Position numbers and translations under genes: made by a program. A DNA stretch of 64,000 nucleotides, taken from the NCBI GenBank assembly GCA_951804945.1, contig OX638162.1, positions 5,580,001-5,644,000 of the forward strand, read 5' to 3'. This DNA is from Podarcis cretensis (taxonomy: Eukaryota). The notes beneath the pieces are model-generated. The model had not been told where the DNA came from and made no database searches. It saw only the letters and a program-made list of their open reading frames with translations. This document shows positions 42,101-52,365 of the stretch, in pieces; within the stretch, counting starts at the first letter, position 1; every line of letters starts with the position of its first letter.

Positions 42101-45100
42101 TTCTTTATTTATTTCTTCTCAGGATAAGAGAATCTAATGAACTTCACAAACCTTGACATCTGTGATGGGTCTAACATGTCAGATTTTATGTTTTAGCATA
42201 TAGTGATGCCGGTGTCATGCCGGTGACAAATTAAATTTTTATATTGTATTATATGCCACCAGTGGTTGAAATGTTCCAACTCACCCTGAGAATTTGGAGC
42301 AGGACAGGAAATCAAATTGAATATTAAAGAAAGAAGCCACTAAAACTGAATAAGCAGTTACAGCACAATCCATTAAACATTATCAAGCACCCTCTCTACA
42401 CTTCAGCTAACTGTGCCCACAATCTACCTTTCATGGAAACTAAGTTGAGCTATGTGTAGAGTTGGCAGTTGCACTTAGAATTTGAAAAATATTATGATAC
42501 TGCCACCAACAAAGTTATATGAATCACATTCTCGACCAGTCTCAACATTAGCTTACCAGTATTATCTTTGGCAACAAGCCCTTTGGAGGAATCACATGGT
42601 GTCGGTGAAATTTGACTGACTCTCTTAGTTGCATCATGGCTGTTACAATACTCCCATCTCCTTTGCTGAAGCTCCTGAAGCCAGTACTTCATATCCTGGT
42701 GTGTTGGTGCCTGTTACACACACAAGCAGAAATGTTGAAAACATTACAAGAGGAATACTGCACAAGGAATGGAATGTGCCTGCATATGCATGGACACACA
42801 AAAAGGTGCCTGTCATCTGTTTGAAAATACAGAAAGGCTGCTACATTATGGCTGGTCGTCCATAAGCTGCACTAAAATGGAAATAACCCAACAACTGTGT
42901 TCAGGGATTTGCATCCTTCTATGCTAAGTATTGGTTTACAAGATAAAAGATGCAGTTCTGATGTGTGTATGTGGCTCTTGCAGTCCAAATTTCATCTATG
43001 TTGGGGACCTGTCAAGAAAGCCTAGCTATTGCATTTTTTGCAATGGCTTTGTGTCCCATTTACATGTCTACCTCTCTCTGTAGTTGACAACAGGGATCTT
43101 TAACTTGGACTACTTTTACCATGTTGTTATTGGAAGGCATCAGCACAATGCTCTATGTGCCACACTTTATCCATGCTTGCCACTACTTTCTTCAAACTAA
43201 TCTAGATTGGCCTACAATAAGAATAAGAATAATATTTATTATAGGATCATGTTTAGTAACAGAATGAATACTTTCAGAATAATGAATCTCCTATACAGAG
43301 CAACTTGGGGAAGATGGGGAGACCTCAATGGACTCTTGAGTCCATTTTTTATGATGTGGTTTACATTTTTCAGACTGCCTTTCCAAAACTTAAAATATTT
43401 GTCTAATGATGAATGTTTACAGTTTGTCTTCCCTATAAAGAAAACATGTTACATATCGATAAGATCGAGGAACAGGAAAGAATGCTGAAACTTCAAAGAA
43501 ACAGGCAACCACAACATATGCTGTGAGTTAATTTATCTTCCTGTCACAGCGAAAGCAATAAAGGTCAGCATCGCTCAGGCAAATAAGCCTACAGCATCTT
43601 AAATACTAATGAATTGATTGTGACATTAGCTTTCATAAGAAAGAGCTCACTTTGTCAAAGGCATTAAATTATCTGGAAGAGACAGTGCTTGACTGCTAGT
43701 TAAAGGAAGGGATGTTCTGACTCAATAGGGAAAACCCACAAGAGGAAGCCAATTGTCAAGAAACTGCATTGCATCATGTTTGAATAACAGCACCATTCTC
43801 AGAAGTCCCGCTGTAACCCCTGTAACTTAATCTCAGGGAGGCCTAACAGGATTGGAGTTCAGTGGGGTGCATGTCTGGGTAAACAAGTATACAATTAGGA
43901 TGTACAACATTTACTTGGAAGCAACTCCCACCAACCAGTGACACTGCAACAGACACAGCTTTTGTGCAAAAAAAATTTTACTGTGCAACTTTTCAGTCAC
44001 AACTATCTAGCAAGGTTACCTTCATTTTCTCCAGGTAATAAAGAGCCTGTGGGTTGATATCTTAGGATTCAGGTTATGACAGGCCTAAAACCATTTTGCT
44101 CTTTTCCTATGGCTTTCACAACCTCCAGCTTAAGCCAATATGGTTCAGAAAACATCATCACATCATTACCTACATCACAGGAATAGCAAAAGCATTTTGC
44201 ACACTTAACATTTTTGACCTTGGAACAGGAGGCTGCCAAAATGAATAGCATCCCAATGCAGCCAAAAGCCACATTGCACTAGTACAACAGGCCTGAAGTT
44301 GCATTACACGAGCACAGCACAACTGCTAGCTATAAAGTGGTGACTTGGAAAAACTCCCCAAAGGACACAGATTTAATATTTCCAAGTCATATATTAGTGC
44401 TCCTATAATGTTAAGAATAATGGATGGGAGAGTCTATCCCATGATACATTCAGAAACTGTGAATCAGCAGCAGGTTTAGGAATATTAAAGCATGTGATGT
44501 TTGATTTGACTTTCTTCCTTGAAAATATTGTTCTGCTCTTATACGGAGATTTCCCTGAAAGGATAAATCCAGTAAGCTTGAAATGTAAAGCACAAATTCA
44601 GTAATGGACTCCATTTAATCCTGAAATAAATACTTAAGAACACCAATGCCTAAAACAAATATTTGGCAGCAAAATTATTATTCTTTTAATAGGCTTTAGG
44701 AATCCTCTTCACACCCAAACCCTAAGAGCCAATGTAGTAGGACAAGATGCTTGGATAATCCAGGATGTTCTTTCCACAGAGCCATCACTGGAGTTTTTGC
44801 AAGATAAAGGAGGTTATTACTATCGTGAACAGCTACAGAACATGAAACCATGTTTCATCAACCATAGTTTCCCAGCTTGGACAAACCAGGGTGTGGGAAA
44901 ATGGTCAGATTTCTTCAACCCATCTTTGCGTGAGACTGATTATTTACGGATGGCGAGCAGGTTCTCGTCACCAGGGAGCTATGGCTTGTTTGATCACTCC
45001 TATGTAGAAAAGAATGAAGCAGCAGCACATGAGTGAATAAGGTTTGTTCATTTAGCAGAATGTTCAGATGAAATACAGTGGCCTGAACACAGCTAAAGAA

Positions 45101-47526
45101 TAAGTGTAACAAGTCACAGAAGGTGTCTCAAAGTCAGATCAGCAGCATCAGAGCAAAAGGGAAGAGAAGTCCAACAAAAAATGATAGAACTAACAATTAA
45201 TGAAGAACCAATTGTCCACCTTATTCTTTTGTCACTCCACCCCACCAAACATTGTGCCACCTGATACTGTGAAATTATTGCATTGATACTCAACTAGAAA
45301 AGGGAAAGGTATGCCTCTTGCAGTCACGGGTCAAGGCCACTGGCAAGGCAACATTCAAATGTTGGAAGCAGGTACATCAAGGGTGCATTTTAACATACTC
45401 CTCCTGGCTACTGAAGCAATTCATCATTTTACAGTCCCACTGTAAGTATGTTTCCTCAGAAATAAACCCCACAATGTTCACCAGGACTTAATTCCAAATA
45501 TGTGTGCAAAGGATTGCTGCCAGCTATTATACCACATTTTGCCTTCATACATTTTGCAATCTTCATACAGATTGCTGTTCAGGCCCTCAGCTCCAACCTA
45601 CTGAGCAAGATGCTATAATTCTCAGAATGATTTTGTAACAGAGCACCTAATACCTACAAGAGAAAATTACTTATGGAAACTTAACACTGAAGAGCACAGC
45701 TCTCTCAGAACTGGTTAAATCAGAGAAACATTTTCATTTACAGTTTTAAATGCATTGTTTATTACATTATTTGTACATGGATAGCAATACCAAAGGCAGA
45801 GCAATAAATGCAATTTTTTATTACTGTTTGGACATGTTTTGGTATTGCAGTTACACGTGGCATGTGGCTTTAGGCACAGACAGCACTGAAATACTGTTTT
45901 ATTAGCTTGTGGGGCTAGACTACTCTGCTTAAGAAATAATTTTGGTATGAATTGTGGAGTAAAAGGTCTAGCTCTGTTCTGCAACTCAGTTGTTTCACCT
46001 TGCTTTTCTTGTATTATAACTAACGGGGAAGTGAGTTGTCCCAGCCCTTCCTCCAATACTGACTGATGGTTTCTTGGCTTACCCAACAGACTATCTTGAC
46101 AGAGGTGCCATGTGATCTTTGCCACCATCCCAGCTCAGCAGCTCTCTAGGTACTGCCCACAATGACACTAATAAGTGTGCACTTTAGACATGCTTTAGGG
46201 TAGGTACCTTTGGATATGAAACTGGAAGGTTTTCCTTTATTGCTTGGGTGAAAGAGATTCAAAAGAGAACCAGAAGTTATCAAAGGGGAAAGAGAACAGG
46301 TGCTCCAGATTAGTTAATGCTGATTTGTGTGTGTGTTTTTAGTGTAATCATCTTGGTAACACAAATACATGGTTAGGCAAACCAAATTAAATTCTCCGAC
46401 AATCTCTTCCTCTGATCCTGCATATAGATGGATAAGGATTTCCAAGGAAGTGACAGACGATATGCCCAGACAGGTTAACCTATCTGGAAAGAATATCTCT
46501 GCGCCAGAGAACATGCTTTGCATACAAACAGTAACAGGTATATCCAGGCAGGGCTGGGAAATACCCATTTGAAATCCTGGAGAAGCCCTGCTAAGCAGAG
46601 TAGTCAACACTAAGCTGGATGGAGGAATGGTCTGACTCTGCTGAAGCCACTTGCACAAATCTATATGTAGACGCAAGCTCTGCTTGAGCCCAGATGGTTT
46701 TGGGATCTGGGTCCTTCAAACAGGGCAGCTGGTGGAGGAGCAAAGATTTGCTTTTTCCCACAATCAAGCTGTATGCAAATACTGTAAATAACGTTTAACG
46801 GGACTCAGTGACAGGTTAAAGGGGGGGGGGGGAGCGCGCGTGGTGGTAGCCTCGAGGAAGCGACCTTACCTGAGGAAGTTACCTGAGAGCAAGCCCCGCC
46901 CCACAAGCCTAAGCGGACTGGCTTGGAGGTCCATCCCCGCCTCGGAGGGTTCCCTGCCCCGCTTGACCCCCCCTCAGGACCCCTTTGGGGCCGGCGAAGC
47001 GGGGCAGCTACCCCGGACCCACCCCGGGGAGGCCCCGTTCTACCTTGAGGACGGTGACGCCGCCGCCGGGGCTGTGGATCTCGAATGTGCTGCCGAGGGC
47101 GGCCTCGACATCCCCGACACCGCCGCTGCTGCCGCCGCCGCCGGAAAAGGAGCAGGAGGACGAGGCGGCGGAGAAGGAGGCGGAGGCCGGGGCGGCGGCG
47201 GCGGCGGCGGGGGCTGCGGCGCTGGGGGCCTCGGCCGGCTGGTGGTAGCTGAAGGAGGCTCCGGCGATGTCGAGGCGCCCGAGGGGCACCGCCTCCTGGG
47301 AGCCCTTGAAGTAGTAGAGGGCGCAGCAGCGCGGGTCGAAGGCGAACCAGCGGCTGCGGAAGCCCCGCAGCGGGCCCTTCCCCGTCAGCTTCTGCAGGTA
47401 GCCGCACAGCCGGGGCCGCTCCGAGGCCGAGGGGGGCGCCGCCGCCGCCGCCGGAGGACCTTCCCCAGGCGCGGCGGCGGCGGCGGCGGCGCCTTCTGCC
47501 TCCTCGCAGCAGCCCGCAGAAGGCAT
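12742..47526 (-). CDS. TBC1D2B: TBC1 domain family member 2B, whole CDS span (13 coding exons, 2991 nt, 996 aa)
   Basis: Exons join in frame with canonical GT-AG sites. N-terminal PH domain (LCGYLQKLTGKGPLRGFRSRWF), coiled coils, TBC domain with the IELDLLRT R-finger and YCQG Q-finger, and C-terminus RAYHLEKVRLEL. Closely matches the recalled human TBC1D2B sequence throughout. Confidence 0.96.
15084..15334. mobile_element. Tc1/mariner (Tigger-like) MITE
   Basis: TA|CAGTCGTACCTTGG ... CCAAGGTACAACTG|TA: TIRs and TA duplication. Confidence 0.85.
16562..16924 (-). mobile_element. Sauria SINE, young, full length
   Basis: Minus strand GGACGCGGGTGGCGCTGTGG head, GGTTCGAATCCC B box, (ACCTTT)n tail; 14-bp TSD TAGTCTAGCGTATA at 16548-16561 and 16938-16951. 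Confidence 0.9.
18016..18137 (-). CDS. TBC1D2B: TBC1D2B exon 12 (VMFRFALALFKYKEEEIL...VLDA, 122 nt)
   Basis: Acceptor TTTAG|, donor AG|GTAAGG; not in the ORF track, translated by hand. Confidence 0.94.
18886..19132. mobile_element. hAT non-autonomous element
   Basis: CAGGGGTCAGCAAAC ... GTTTGCCTACTCATG ends; perfect 8-bp TSD TGCTAAAT (18878-18885, 19133-19140). Confidence 0.9.
19408..19593 (-). CDS. TBC1D2B: TBC1D2B exon 11 (VDQRVFKDL...IWDSFLYEGPK, 186 nt)
   Basis: Acceptor TTTAG|, donor AAG|GTACAT. Confidence 0.95.
20174..20291 (-). CDS. TBC1D2B: TBC1D2B exon 10 (LVAIALLYLEQEDAFW...LLGSQ, 118 nt)
   Basis: Acceptor TTCAG|, donor CAG|GTATGG. Confidence 0.95.
20460..20900 (+). mobile_element. 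Old L2-clade LINE fragment
   Basis: Degenerate similarity to the 3867-4766 RT C-terminus (HQLHLV..., ..YVGLPL, LQLVQN.AA, L.WLP). Confidence 0.55.
21132..21185 (+). repeat. (CAG)2 CAA (CAG)14 CAA trinucleotide repeat, intron 9 of TBC1D2B
   Basis: Direct reading. Confidence 0.95.
21640..22900 (+). mobile_element. Old degenerate L1 ORF2 (RT) fragment
   Basis: Broken frames give GTKQGYPL.PL.F...IE.LA (GTRQGCPLSP motif), FAHDLL (FADD) and GGLGAPNLKLYYEA. Confidence 0.65.
22068..22191. mobile_element. Short hairpin insertion, Penelope-like terminal fragment
   Basis: Perfect 34-bp inverted repeat (22104-22137 / 22158-22191), flanked by direct repeat AATTAAAACAA (22057-22067, 22192-22202). Family assignment from recalled squamate Penelope ends. 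Confidence 0.6.
23026..23520 (-). CDS. TBC1D2B: TBC1D2B exon 9 (EYDIYGF...IELDLLRT...YCQGLN, 495 nt)
   Basis: Acceptor TACAG|, donor AG|GTAGAA; carries both catalytic fingers of the TBC domain. Confidence 0.96.
23685..24037 (+). mobile_element. Sauria SINE, older copy
   Basis: Shares CCAGCTCCTGCCAACCTAGCAGT and GCAAGTAGATAAATAGG cores and a CTTTACC tail with the 16562 and 29258 copies. Confidence 0.8.
24749..24800 (+). repeat. (TATTA)n microsatellite
   Basis: Direct reading; probably a LINE tail. Confidence 0.9.
26006..26199 (-). CDS. TBC1D2B: TBC1D2B exon 8 (YTSLEAKLCQVESKYL...KPHMV, 194 nt)
   Basis: Acceptor TGCAG|, donor AG|GTAAAC; phases 0/2. Confidence 0.94.
26848..26958 (-). CDS. TBC1D2B: TBC1D2B exon 7 (DSLQGYKNQNKFLNKEILELSALRR...DLMTK, 111 nt)
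   Basis: Acceptor CACAG|, donor AAG|GTCAGC; not listed in the ORF track, translated by hand. Confidence 0.93.
27963..28358 (-). CDS. TBC1D2B: TBC1D2B exon 6 (ELVRLLQQTVRSSQYDKYF...ELDRLK, 396 nt)
   Basis: Acceptor TAAAG|, donor AAA|GTAAGG; coiled coil. Confidence 0.94.
29258..29612 (+). mobile_element. Sauria SINE, young, full length
   Basis: GGGACGCGG head, GATTCGAATCCC B box, CCTTTACCTTTAC tail; TSD TTACAG(G/T)TAAGTAGA at 29241-29255 and 29613-29627. Confidence 0.9.
29703..30054 (-). mobile_element. Sauria SINE, older copy, opposite orientation
   Basis: Reverse-complement similarity to 29258-29612 (CATCTCGCTT, GGGTCATGTGGC, CTAGG.TGGCAG). Confidence 0.75.
30168..30385 (-). CDS. TBC1D2B: TBC1D2B exon 5 (GVSGPAFPFDFGR...ELLSQK, 218 nt)
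   Basis: Acceptor TGCAG|, donor AAG|GTAACT; phases 1/0. Confidence 0.92.
31522..31673 (-). CDS. TBC1D2B: TBC1D2B exon 4 (NSVSSLRTG...DLEESIVQ...EQSK, 152 nt)
   Basis: Acceptor GCCAG|, donor G|GTACTC; phases 2/1. Confidence 0.9.
32213..32960. mobile_element. Tigger-like DNA transposon remnant with internal duplication, right TIR not seen
   Basis: TA|CAGTGGTACCTCGGGTTACGAAC start; direct repeat GCCCCCATCCAAAC..TGACTATCATCAG at about 32448 and 32915. Confidence 0.6.
34810..34945. mobile_element. Palindromic hAT MITE
   Basis: CAGGCATCCCC ... GGGGATGCCT TIRs; perfect 8-bp TSD ATCTGGAG (34802-34809, 34946-34953). Confidence 0.9.
36480..36645 (-). CDS. TBC1D2B: TBC1D2B exon 3 (DWTTMFSNASAEKARNVL...GTDIK, 166 nt)
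   Basis: Acceptor CTTAG|, donor AA|GTGAGT; phases 1/2 fit neighbouring exons. Confidence 0.92.
37614..37852. mobile_element. Tc1/mariner MITE, young (CpG-rich)
   Basis: TA|CAGTGGTGCCTCGCAAGACGAA ... TTCGTCTTGCGAGCTACCACTG|TA; internal TTCGTCTTGCG repeats. Confidence 0.9.
38876..39414 (-). mobile_element. 5'-truncated L1 (ORF2 C-terminus plus 3' UTR)
   Basis: Minus strand encodes KTQDLPTLEEWQMQLMNYMELAEMTGRIRD...KLYEC*, homologous to the end of ORF2 at 58022; 18-bp TSD TACAGTGGGCTTATTTTG (38858-38875, 39415-39432). Confidence 0.9.
40781..40911. mobile_element. Tc1/mariner MITE (shorter relative of 15084-15334, reversed)
   Basis: TA|CAGTTGTACCT ... TTCGACTTCCAAGGTACGACTG|TA. Confidence 0.8.
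42557..42710 (-). CDS. TBC1D2B: TBC1D2B exon 2 (APTHQDMKYWLQELQQRRWEYCNS...KDNT, 154 nt)
   Basis: Acceptor AACAG|, donor G|GTAAGC; PH C-terminal helix with conserved W. Confidence 0.93.
47044..47526 (-). CDS. TBC1D2B: TBC1D2B coding exon 1 (MPSAG...GVTVLK, 483 nt, ends phase 0)
   Basis: ATG at 47526-47524; donor AAG|GTAGAA; PH-domain N-terminal part. Confidence 0.93.
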
Positions 47527-47658
47527 CGCGGCGGCAAGAGCAGCAGCAGCAGCAGCAGCGCCGCCGCCGCCGCCTCTCTGCGCTCCTGAGAGGGTGCGAG
47601 GCTACAGGGCTGGGCGGCCTTCCGCAGCGCCCTCCCCAGACCTGGCTTTGCCCCCGGA

Positions 47659-47677
47659 GCATGCCGGGACTTGTAGT
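47659..47677 (-). promoter_or_regulatory. ZNF143/THAP11(Ronin)-HCFC1-type motif ACTACAAGTCCCGGCATGC
   Basis: Matches the vertebrate promoter consensus ACTACAnnTCCCRnnATGC, about 135-150 bp upstream of the ATG. Confidence 0.75.
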
Positions 47678-49964
47678 CCGCTCTTTCTGAGGCGAAGGGC
47701 CAGGCCGCCTCCCGCCTCGGTAGGCCCTGAGGAGGGAAGAGCCAGGGTTGCCACATAGGCCAGGAGGCGCGCGAGGTGGTGTTAATTTAAATTAGTTGTA
47801 AGCGTTCTTGCTGGCTTTTTAGTGCTTTATTTCCTGAAATCGTTTTCCATACCGCCTTTCTTCCAAGGAGCTCAAGGCGGTGTTCAGGGTTCTTGCAGTT
47901 CCCACTTAATTTCCTCACATCGCTCCTGTGAGGAAGACGTAAGTGGACCAAGGTCACATGCAGCGAGATTCATGTGGTAAATATATTTATTTAATTTGTA
48001 TATCCCCCATCCTTTGAAGATTTGAATCCTGGAGTCTCCAGGTCCGACCCTCTTACTGCTGGCTCCTGCAGCTATAGGGTATACTGCGATGTATCGCTTG
48101 ATTGTGTAGCACCCTGCTTGTGGTTAACGCTTAGCTGGAATGAAATATTCAACGCAGCAATAGAGAAATTAAAATAATAATTTATTTGTCAGACAAATAA
48201 ATGAGAGGCACAGTGGTATATGGTTACCAAGCTCTGGCCTGGCCTCTTGCCATTCTGGCCAGCACTTATATTTCCTTAATCCAGCCCCCTTGCTCCTCCT
48301 GTGGCTGCCTCTGTCCAATCAGCCTGGTTGAAATTCCTATTGGCTGTTTGCTAGAACCAATCACAAAAGATACACCCATTTCCTCATGCCCTTTTATGGG
48401 AAACAAAAAGATATATATTCTTCTATCTATAAATGACAAATAAGTAGCAATATATCTTACATGTGTCTCAACAAGGAACCTTAATTACCAGCTCACCTCG
48501 CCCTATTGCCCTCCAAAACAAATGGTTTAATCTTAAATTTTTATCTTAAACAGATGTCAAGGATCTTGAATTCACATCATCATTGAAAGATCTCCTTCTC
48601 TTGAAGGTCTTTAAACAGATAACCATATGTGTGCTCTAATGATGTTTCCTGCTTGGCAGGGGGGCTGGGCTGGTGGCTGATGGCCCCTGTGATCTCTTCC
48701 AACTATATGAAATAAGAATCTAGCATAAGGATTTAACATTTCTTAGCTTCTAATTCCTTTGCATAATTACATTTAAGCCAATATATTTAATACATAACAT
48801 AGATAGCTTTTTAGAAGAATAAACCTTTTCAAAGTAAAAAAAGGAAGGAACATTTTACAGCCTCAAAATAAAATAGAAAGAAAACCTCTTCTCCAGCCAA
48901 GCCAGTTGCCTTTTTCACTGCTCTTGACCTTTCAACCTTAGGAAAATATGGCTCAAGTTTAATGGGAGGCACATGGTTTTATTTTACTATTTACCCACTC
49001 TTAATTATGTTTATCTCTGCTTTTTTATCTTCTGTAATATGTAGGGTCAGTGTAACCTTGGCTGTCAGCCTGTAATTCCCTTTGACTTTGAGATTTGTTT
49101 TCTGCTATAAATCAGGGGGGCCCCTTGTCCAGGAGAATAAACATTTTGCCAAGGTTCTTAGGCAGCTGGTCTTCTGCCTGGCATGAACATTTGAAAATCT
49201 TTAAGCTCATTTTAAAATACAGGCCCTGATCAAGCCTCAATAAAAATGCAGGCTATGATTAGATGCCTCAGTTGTTTTAAAAAACAAAATAAAACTAAAA
49301 GTGGCATACAAAAATATTAAGCAAGTTATTGGTAAAGGCAATTAACAACAACATACATTTAAAGTGCATTCAGAGCACAGTGCTTCCCCCAAATCCTGGG
49401 AACTAGTTTTCCCTTTGGCTACCATTCAGAGCACCCTTAACAGACTTCTGTTCCCAGGATTGGGGGGGGGGGGGAGGTAAGTAATGTATGGTGTGTAAGC
49501 AGTCATAGTTTGCAAGGAGCTTCCAAACCAGAATCTCAAACTGTGTTTTGAAGATGATTTGGAAACCACAGTTTGGGCAAACTGTTGTTTAGTGTTACTT
49601 CTGGACCCGCAAAAAATGGTTTCAAACATTGCCCTGCCCTCAGTGACTTTTGTTGGTAGAATCCAGGGATTACTGCATTAGGAAGGGCGAACAAAGAACC
49701 TTGTTTACTTGTACCTCTGGAATACAATTCATGCTCTGTGGTTTTATCTCAGTGTAAACCATGGTTTGCTGTTACACCTGCATATTTATTTATTTAATCT
49801 GGGTCATTCCATGTCAAGTGATACAGGAACTTTTACCTTACCATTTTAAATTACTCTCATTTTCAGTTTTCTAAAAATAGTATAAAAGAAGATTCCAGAT
49901 CTCTGTTTTTAATTTTTTTTAACTCATCCCATTTTTGAGTTATTAGGGTTTGAAATTTCAAGTA

Positions 49965-50133
49965 CCGTATTTTTTGCACCATAACACTCACTTTTTTCCT
50001 CCTAAAAAGTAAGGGGAAATGTCTGTGCGTGTTATGGAGGGAATGCCTACGGGTGGCATGCCTACGGATTTTCCTCCTCTAAAAACTACATGCGTGTTAT
50101 GGTCGGGTGCGTGTTATAGAGCGAAAAATACGG
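49965..50133. mobile_element. Tc1/mariner (pogo-type) MITE
   Basis: TA|CCGTATTTTT ... AAAAATACGG|TA; a related left end occurs at 59383. Confidence 0.85.
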
Positions 50134-50597
50134 TAATTGACAAATTTGGCCTTGCACCCTGCATAAAAACCTTAAAAGCTCAACCCAGACTTCAAACCAT
50201 GATATCTGTTACTTCATGCATTTCTTTTAAAAAGTTACTCAATTAAAATGTATATGAAAAGCTAGTTAGGCTTTGCTTTTAAAAATGTGTTTGAAAGCAG
50301 TTTCAGCTTGTTTGAACCAGCACTGACTGGCTTTTATGTGTATGGACAAGCTGTGGCTTGTTGTACAGGGCTCAGCAGTGAGTTGGGAGTCTTATCTCAG
50401 CTCTTGGGTTGATCAGTTTATTAATCTGATCTGACATATACTAATATATTGTACTGACATGTACTAATATATTTTCACTAAAGACTGTCTGCAAAAGAAA
50501 GAAATGTGATGTCTAATATGATATATTGCTGTAATACTTTTAGTAAAATTAGTCACTAGCAGCATCATTTGTTGACCCATCTAGTTCATATATACTC

Positions 50598-51645
50598 ACC
50601 TTGTCATGGTGAGTGGGCTTGAATGTTCCTATGATCCTAGTGAGCAAAGCCGTTGGGAGTCTCGTACTCTCAATAGGGTCATGCAAGGCGGTAAGGTCCA
50701 GGGAGAGAAGCTAGACAAATAATGATCCAAGAAGACCTCAATTGCAGAACAGGCAGAAGATAACGTGACATGTTACCACGGCTGTGAAGGTGGATGAAGG
50801 CTGCAGCATATAAGAATCTACTGGATGTTGTGATACTCATGCCATCGGAATACAGCCTTACTGTGAAGAGTCCCATGGTGATTGGCAAATGGTAACAAGG
50901 GAAGGATCGTGAAATCTGGAAGCACCTAGCCATGAACCATCACATGGGTGGTGAATACAGATTCAGTCATTCTGACTCAAGGAGTGAGGCAGTTGAATAG
51001 CTTGGCAGTTGTATCCACGACTGAGCAGTCCTATTTTGGATCCACTTTGCTCACTTCAAAAAGGAGGAGGGGCTAGAAAAGGTGCCCTAAACATAGTCTG
51101 CCTCCATTTTTCCCTGACTGCATTACTGCATCCAGTGGGGTCACCACCCAGCAGTCATAAAAGACAGTTGAACTTTGGAACATGGAATAGATGGATTACA
51201 CAGATAATGAGCGTCCCGAGCGCAGGAATGCCAGCATTGCAGGAGAGCTGTGATGTTTTAACATAGATATTGCAGCGCTTAAAGAAACTTGAAGAGCAGG
51301 AGAGGGACAACTGAAGGAAGAAAAAGGAGGCTACACATTCTTCTGGAAAGGTCTAGCTGAACAAGAACGCTAAATACAGTCATACCTCGTGCTGTGGCTT
51401 TTCAGGTTATGAACGCAGCAACCCCGGAAGTGTTTACTTGAGTTCGCCACGCACACAGAAGCGATCTGCGCACTTCGCGCATGCACAGAAGCGCTCTATC
51501 GTGCTTTGCTCACGCGCAGTAGTGGCGCTCTACTTACGGACTTTTCAGGGTGCGAACAGCACCTCGAAACTGATCATGTTCGTAAGTAGAGGTACCACTA
51601 TACATGGAGTAGGCTTTGCTATCAAAAACAATATTGTGAAGCTTG
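50598..51645 (+). mobile_element. RTE-clade LINE 5' fragment (5' UTR plus start of AP endonuclease), degenerate
   Basis: Broken frames read LNFGTWN...IDIAALKET...GEGQLKEEKGGYTFFWKG...HGVGFAIK; interrupted by a mariner MITE at 51377-51600. Confidence 0.75.
51377..51600. mobile_element. Tc1/mariner MITE nested in the RTE fragment
   Basis: TA|CAGTCATACCTC ... GAGGTACCACTA|TA; the RTE reading frame resumes after it. Confidence 0.75.
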
Positions 51646-52017
51646 TGGTAATAATTTACCTCTACACTACCTTGTTCGTTACCCAGGTGAGGAACAACCA
51701 CCTTTTGAAAAAACCACAGAACCAAGGAAACTATTTTCAAGTCCAGCATCTGGATTTAGGGACCCAGCATTTATTATAGCTATTGCAATAGGACAGAGCT
51801 CACTCAAAATGCCAGTTAAGAAGGTCTGCCCCCAGGCACTTCAGAAAAAAAGCTCATATTGTAGTTCAAACACAGCAAACAAAGAGTCATAAAACATATT
51901 CACATACATCAGGAAAGTCATGAGAAGTAAAGCACATAGTGGCTCCATACTAGTATCTTCACTCCTGCATCACCTTGGAGTGGCTCTGATGTGCCCAGGT
52001 CATTTGACCATCTTAGG

Positions 52018-52365
52018 CAGGGGTTGGCAAGGTTTACCTCACCTGGGCCGGTTCACTGGAGATCCTTCCATGGGCTGGATCGCGCGCACGCATAAGCTTG
52101 CGCGGCTGTGATTTCCGGCGGCTGTATCTGTGCAGACACAATTTCCGGGGTCTGCGCCTGCACAGATGAGCTTTTCAGCGTCTGAGCATGTGCAGACACA
52201 ATTTCCAGCAACGCAGAAGCGAGTCTCTGTGCCACGCTGCGCCGGTTTAGCATAGCACGTGGGGACTCGCCGAGTGGGCAGCTCGGTTCGGGGGCGGCTC
52301 ATGGGCCGGTTAAATGACCCCCGTGGGCCACTTGTGGCCTATGGGCCTTAGGTTGCCTATCCCTG
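52018..52365. mobile_element. hAT non-autonomous element (host of the L1 insertion)
   Basis: CAGGGGTTGGCAA ... GGTTGCCTATCCCTG TIRs; 8-bp TSD ATCTTAGG at 52010-52017 whose partner is displaced to 58323-58330. Confidence 0.88.

Larger units (their letters stand above)
46830..47780 (-). promoter_or_regulatory. CpG island promoter of TBC1D2B
   Basis: Very high GC and CpG content over exon 1; (GGC)n/(CTG)n run at about 47538-47574 in the presumed 5' UTR. Confidence 0.9.

Noticed and set aside
46805-47756. Alternative-frame and antisense ORFs (285, 249 and 123 aa) over exon 1
   Set aside because: GC-repeat shadows of TBC1D2B exon 1. The ATG at 47662 lies inside the ZNF143-type motif and is probably upstream of the transcription start.
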